In this document: in pieces, positions 60,037 through 64,000 of the stretch
How positions within the stretch are numbered: position 1 is the stretch's first letter
Layout of the letters: each line of letters opens with the position of its first letter
NCBI GenBank assembly: GCA_964484565.1
Contig: CAZAGG010000001.1
Location: forward strand, 107,548 to 171,547
Reading direction: 5' to 3'
DNA length: 64,000 bases
Source of the DNA: an uncultured Rickettsiales bacterium
GTDB lineage: Bacteria; Pseudomonadota; Alphaproteobacteria; Rickettsiales; CAZAGG01
Translations under genes and position numbers: made by a program
The notes under the pieces: model-generated
The model's input: only the letters and a program-made list of their open reading frames with translations
Database searches by the model: none
Told to the model about the DNA's origin: nothing

Positions 60037-61623
60037 TCATTTCACTGATTTTATAAGTTTATAAGTTATTGAATCATGTAAAGCATTATAGGAAGCTGCA
60101 ATGACGTTGCCAGATACGCCAACGGTGCTCCACCTATTGCCTAGTTCATCTGTGCTTTCAATTAACACTCTGGTTAGTGCTTTGGTTCCCTCAGATGGGG
60201 TTAAGATTCTCACTTTATAATCTACTAGTGTCATGCCCTTTAATGATGGATAAGCTGTTGCAAGAGCCTTTCTTAATGCTTCGTCAAGAGCATTAACAGG
60301 GCCATTGCCTTCCGCAACAGTCATAATAACTTCGCCGTTAATTTCGGCTTTAATGGTTGCCTCTGATACCGTTATAATTTTACCTCGCGCATTATACCTT
60401 CTTTCATCCATCACCCTGAAATTAAGCAGTTCAAAGAAGTTAGGAATTTTATCAAAGGTTTTTCTAACTAATAATTCAAAACTGGCTTCTGCACTTTCAT
60501 AGGCATAGCCCATGCTCTCACGCGCTTTGAGTTCAGAAAGTAATTTTGATACTCTCTCATCGTCAGAATCAACGTCTATGCCAAGTGCGTCAAGTCTTGC
60601 AATTATGCTGGCCTTGCCCGCTTTGTCTGACAGCAATATTTCTGTTTCGTTGCCAACTAGCTCAGGATCTATATGCTCATATGCTGTTTTATCTCTGGCA
60701 ATTGCCGAAACATGAATTCCGCCCTTATGAGCAAATGCTGCTGCCCCAACATATGGCTGATGTTGGTTAGGGCTTCTATTTAGCCTATCATCTAACAATC
60801 TTGATAAATGAGTTATATTCTTTAGATTCGCTTTTGAAACTCCTGTTTCATAACCCATTTTCAGCATTAATGTCGGAATAATTGAGATAAGATTCGCATT
60901 ACCGCATCGCTCTCCCACTCCGTTTATTGTACCCTGAATGTGCCTAACCCCTGCCCTTACAGCCGCTAAACTATTGGCAACTGCGTTTTCAGTATCATTG
61001 TGACAATGAATTCCTAGTCTATCACCCGACACAGCCTTAACTGTTTCTGATACTATCTTTTCAACTTCATCTGGCAGAGTTCCACCATTGGTATCGCAGA
61101 GGACAACCCATCTTGCGCCAGCGTCATGTGCAGCTTTCGCAACTTCAAGCGAATATTTACTATCTGCCTTATATCCATCAAAAAAGTGCTCTGCATCGAA
61201 TATTACTTCAATTCCTTTTTTAACAAAGAATTCAATGCTTTCAGAAATCATCTTCAGATTTTCTTGCAGATCAATTTGTAGTGCCACTTCAACTTGAAAT
61301 TTTGATGCTTTGCCGACTAGACAAACCGTTTTAACGCCTGTTTGTAACAATGTAGTCAAACCAGTATCATTTGATGCACTCCTGCCTGCTTTTCTGGTCA
61401 TTCCAAATGCAGTGACTATTGCTCTTTTGAGCGGAGGAAGCTCACTGAAAAAAGCATCATCCGCAGGGTTAGCACCCGGCCAACCGCCTTCAATATAGTC
61501 TATCCCAAATCTATCAAGCTCTAATGCGATAGCCTGCTTATCAGCAGTATTTAAATCTACACCTCTTGCTTGACAGCCGTCTCGCAAGGTTGAGTCATAC
61601 AAATATATTCTATTATCTGTCAT
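60037..61623 (-). CDS. cimA: Citramalate synthase (LeuA/CimA family)
   Basis: LYDSTLRDGCQARGV, IEGGWPGANPAD, GIHCHNDTENAVANSLAAV and a C-terminal LeuA-dimer-type domain. 528 aa. Confidence 0.75.
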   Translation of the reverse strand: MTDNRIYLYDSTLRDGCQARGVDLNTADKQAIALELDRFGIDYIEGGWPGANPADDAFFSELPPLKRAIVTAFGMTRKAGRSASNDTGLTTLLQTGVKTVCLVGKASKFQVEVALQIDLQENLKMISESIEFFVKKGIEVIFDAEHFFDGYKADSKYSLEVAKAAHDAGARWVVLCDTNGGTLPDEVEKIVSETVKAVSGDRLGIHCHNDTENAVANSLAAVRAGVRHIQGTINGVGERCGNANLISIIPTLMLKMGYETGVSKANLKNITHLSRLLDDRLNRSPNQHQPYVGAAAFAHKGGIHVSAIARDKTAYEHIDPELVGNETEILLSDKAGKASIIARLDALGIDVDSDDERVSKLLSELKARESMGYAYESAEASFELLVRKTFDKIPNFFELLNFRVMDERRYNARGKIITVSEATIKAEINGEVIMTVAEGNGPVNALDEALRKALATAYPSLKGMTLVDYKVRILTPSEGTKALTRVLIESTDELGNRWSTVGVSGNVIAASYNALHDSITYKLIKSVK

Positions 61624-61680
61624 CGAATCCTATATCAATACTGTTTGGGCACTGCTTAATAATAAAGCTCAGGCAAACAT

Positions 61681-61702
61681 AACTAATTATGTGAGATGCG
61701 CT
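61681..61702. repeat. Diverged half-copy of the 3031/23253 repeat (AACTAATTATGTGAGATGCGCT)
   Basis: It shares CTAATTAT(T/G)TGAGATGCGCT with 23262-23282. An upstream GGGCACTG (61648-61655) parallels GGCACTG at 23252-23258, with about 25 bp inserted between. Confidence 0.55.
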
Positions 61703-61770
61703 TAGTTGTCAATTTTTTCGGGGAGTTAAGTTAAAAAGCACGTATAATATAAACCCTCCCCCTTTATGAG

Positions 61771-62011
61771 TTTGCTCACCTACGTTTTATCTGAAGGCAT
61801 TGGTTTAAGCCATTTATTTTTTTAACTTCAATTCGGAATAAGGATTAGAAAAAATGCTCCCACTTTATGGGGGAGCGAATAATGTTACTTCTTGTCCCGA
61901 ATTGAGGTTATTCTCTAAATTAGCTATAAATCATGTGATGATTAGGAAATGCTCTAGCCTTCATCTCCTTCGCAGTCATACTGGTGCCTGACAAAAACGT
62001 AGGGGAGTAAG
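61771..62011. repeat. Candidate MITE-like / structured element with imperfect terminal inverted repeats and an internal 15-bp inverted repeat
   Basis: CACCTACGTTTT (61777-61788) vs AAAACGTAGGGG (61995-62006), inverted. Internal AACTTCAATTCGGAA (61824-61838) vs TCCCGAATTGAGGTT (61895-61909). The right end (61992-62011) recurs exactly at 55512-55531. Confidence 0.35.
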
Positions 62012-62029
62012 CGATAACGGCTATATTAT

Positions 62030-62683
62030 TTAAAGGCCAATAATTTCTTTAGCCATTGCCTTAAAAATCACCATATTGGCTTTGAAAGTTCTGCCTATAC
62101 GCGGAATATCTTTTCTAGGATGTACTTCAACTGGCACTTGCGAGAAGATTCCAGAATTTTTGACAATAGCTATTGCAACGCCTGTTCCTATGGTTGGGGA
62201 ACTAGCGATGTTGATATATTTTATTGCAAAATCAGTGCGATAACCTTTCATTCCACATAATATATCGTTAATGCCATAGCGAATCTTTGCATACCACCTG
62301 AAGCATGCTTCGGCAAACCTTGCAGGTTTAGGACGATAACCTAAAACTAGGTCAGCTTTATCTTTTGCCAACTCATCAATAAATAGCTTAATAACTTCAG
62401 GATTATGCTGCCCATCAGCATCTAGAGTGATGACATAATCGAAGCCATGCTCTGCTGCCGCTTTAAAACCTGAGGCGATGGCTCCATCATAGCCAGTATT
62501 TCTATCATGCGTTATTACAATTGCCCCTGCTTTTTCTGCAACTTCGCCTGTTCCATCACTTGAGCCGTCGTCTACAACTATCACTTTCCCATATTTCATT
62601 GCTGCTTTAATAACTGGTTCGATAGTTAAAGCCTCGTTGAGTGCTGGAATTACTAGTCCATATCGTTGTTTATATTCGTTCAT
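62030..62683 (-). CDS. Family 2 glycosyltransferase
   Basis: LVIPALNEALTI ... VVDDGSSDGT ... ITLDADGQH are GT-A/GT2 DxD-type motifs. 217 aa. Confidence 0.8.
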   Translation of the reverse strand: MNEYKQRYGLVIPALNEALTIEPVIKAAMKYGKVIVVDDGSSDGTGEVAEKAGAIVITHDRNTGYDGAIASGFKAAAEHGFDYVITLDADGQHNPEVIKLFIDELAKDKADLVLGYRPKPARFAEACFRWYAKIRYGINDILCGMKGYRTDFAIKYINIASSPTIGTGVAIAIVKNSGIFSQVPVEVHPRKDIPRIGRTFKANMVIFKAMAKEIIGL

Positions 62684-62686
62684 TGT

Positions 62687-64000
62687 CTATTGCTTACTTA
62701 TCTTATTTCTTATTTTGATATTAAAATTTCCCCACCATGCAATAACCAACATTATTAATATTGCAAGCATATATGCGTATGCGGGGAAAATTGATTTATA
62801 TGAAGATGCTGATTTTTCATATACCTTCTCTCTATCAAGCGATAGCTCGATGGAATTTAAATTCTGGTTGTGCAGCCAAACCTGCCTTCCATCAGATACT
62901 TTTACAGCATTTAGAAATTTTTCCTCATCAGAATAAAATCTATTATACTCACCTTTTTGATTATCGAGATTTTCAAGGAAAATTCGTTTATTACCATATA
63001 CTTCCGATGATGTTTCGATAATTACATGTGAATATACATTCTGAAATTCAATTTCTTTCTGAGTTGGGTCTATATCAAGCACTGAATCTGGAGTAATGGC
63101 TTGAACCTTTGAATTTTGTGCCGCAAATCCAAAGTCTTGAAAAATCAGCTTTCTACCTTCTAGTTTTGCATCAATATAAACTTCATCCATATTGGCCTCA
63201 CGAAGTAACCAATGGATAATATTGCGAGTTAAAATCTTATCTACGCCCTTTGACTCTAAGATTCCATATCCTCGTGACCATTTCCACATATCGCTTGAAG
63301 TGACCATTGCAACTCTACCCTTGTTGACTCTTGCAACTGCCATAAACGGCATTGCTGAACCCCGTTCTGCATTTACTCCTTCAAGTAAAGGTATGGCATT
63401 GGTTTTTAGTTGGAAATTTGCAATTTTATCTACTTTGCCAAGTGGTTCTTTTAAACTACGAACTAGGGGATGTTTTCTTCCAGATTCTGAAATAGCTACG
63501 GAAAAGTCTCCATATGAAACGTTATTTCTTAAATCAAATGGCAAAACTGTTCTAAGTTCACTCGCAATGATTGACTCGTTTGCTTCATCAGAATTTTCAG
63601 GAATGACCAGCAAAGAGCCACCATCTTTAACATATCTTGCAATGTTATCTAGGTAATCATAGGAAATCTGGCTTACACCCTGATAGTTATCGAAAATCAC
63701 CAAATCAAAGTCAGGCAACTTTTCATAAAATAGTTCATTGACTGGAAATGGAATTAGTGACATTTCCCTTGCAGGAGTTGGATCAGAATCTTCAACATCT
63801 TTCAAAATATTAAAATGAACCAAATCTATATTGGGATCATTCTTCAAAAAGTCGCGCCACATTCTTTGACCAGAATAAATTTTGCCAGTAATCAGAAGAA
63901 CACTCATTCTTTCTCTTATGCCATTTATTGAAATTAGAGCTTGATTATTTAAACTGCTTATTTCGGCATCTTCTGATTTAACGTTTATTAAAAACTCATT
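62687..64000 (-). CDS. Large hypothetical protein with a C-terminal TM anchor; N-terminus lies beyond the window end
   Basis: The frame stays open from 63907 through base 64000 (NEFLINVKSEDAEISS...), so the track's Met at 63907 is probably internal. C-terminal hydrophobic helix AYAYMLAILIMLVIAWW. No confident family assignment. Confidence 0.5.
   Translation of the reverse strand, partial: NEFLINVKSEDAEISSLNNQALISINGIRERMSVLLITGKIYSGQRMWRDFLKNDPNIDLVHFNILKDVEDSDPTPAREMSLIPFPVNELFYEKLPDFDLVIFDNYQGVSQISYDYLDNIARYVKDGGSLLVIPENSDEANESIIASELRTVLPFDLRNNVSYGDFSVAISESGRKHPLVRSLKEPLGKVDKIANFQLKTNAIPLLEGVNAERGSAMPFMAVARVNKGRVAMVTSSDMWKWSRGYGILESKGVDKILTRNIIHWLLREANMDEVYIDAKLEGRKLIFQDFGFAAQNSKVQAITPDSVLDIDPTQKEIEFQNVYSHVIIETSSEVYGNKRIFLENLDNQKGEYNRFYSDEEKFLNAVKVSDGRQVWLHNQNLNSIELSLDREKVYEKSASSYKSIFPAYAYMLAILIMLVIAWWGNFNIKIRNKISKQ

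Noticed and set aside
62637-63656. Plus-strand ORFs (99, 86 and 154 aa) opposite the large hypothetical gene at the window end.
   Set aside because: The minus-strand frame is open for more than 430 codons through the window edge and ends in a clear TM anchor. The plus-strand ORFs are shorter and lack start context.

Overview
This is a gene-dense, AT-rich window that looks alphaproteobacterial. The markers are a PopZ/DUF2497-like protein, DUF4167, an NDUFS4-like complex I accessory protein, a Rickettsia-type 17 kDa surface-antigen homologue, thyX and an atpHAGDC operon. My guess is a Rickettsiales/Holosporales-like lineage that keeps flagella, chemotaxis-type signalling, an Flp pilin and c-di-GMP signalling. 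That taxonomic call is inference only.

Most of the window is housekeeping: pdxJ, hemF, tolC, pcm, tRNA-Cys, gpmI, suhB, efp, argC, prmC, rpmB, nth, nfu, bdhA, the flagellar hook genes fliK-flgD-flgE, nuoABC, murC, fabI, atpHAG/DC, rnd, mlaEF, rpsP-rimM, lpxC, tatD, thyX, a xerC/D-type recombinase, and a cimA/malonyl-CoA decarboxylase/EVE operon. Many genes have overlapping stops and starts.

The strongest candidate for something undescribed is a five-gene orphan islet at about 30.1-34.7 kb, between the NDUFS4-like gene and murC.
- Its first gene encodes a 419-aa protein ending in a glycine-rich hydrophobic helical hairpin. A 99-aa two-TM protein follows. This is the layout of a membrane-targeting toxin plus immunity protein.
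- Three more proteins follow that I cannot assign to any family.
- A MITE-like repeat bounds the islet on the left.
- Its first gene shares an upstream motif with the RTX exoprotein gene at 18.4 kb.

Other items worth a second look:
- A HEPN/MNT (HepT/MntA-type) toxin-antitoxin pair sits precisely between atpG and atpD.
- An MCP-like gene is split by a single in-frame TAA.
- Two sigma-54 promoters with near-identical geometry drive the hook operon, which directly abuts a truncated nuoABC.
- Two dispersed intergenic repeat families are present.
- A 91-bp gene-fragment duplication lies next to a BrnT/BrnA module.
- A FliB-like lysine methylase sits beside a lysine-poor RTX protein.

I saw no rRNA, CRISPR array, intact IS element or prophage. 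All homology calls come from my reading of motifs in the supplied translations. No database search, GC calculation or structure prediction was run.
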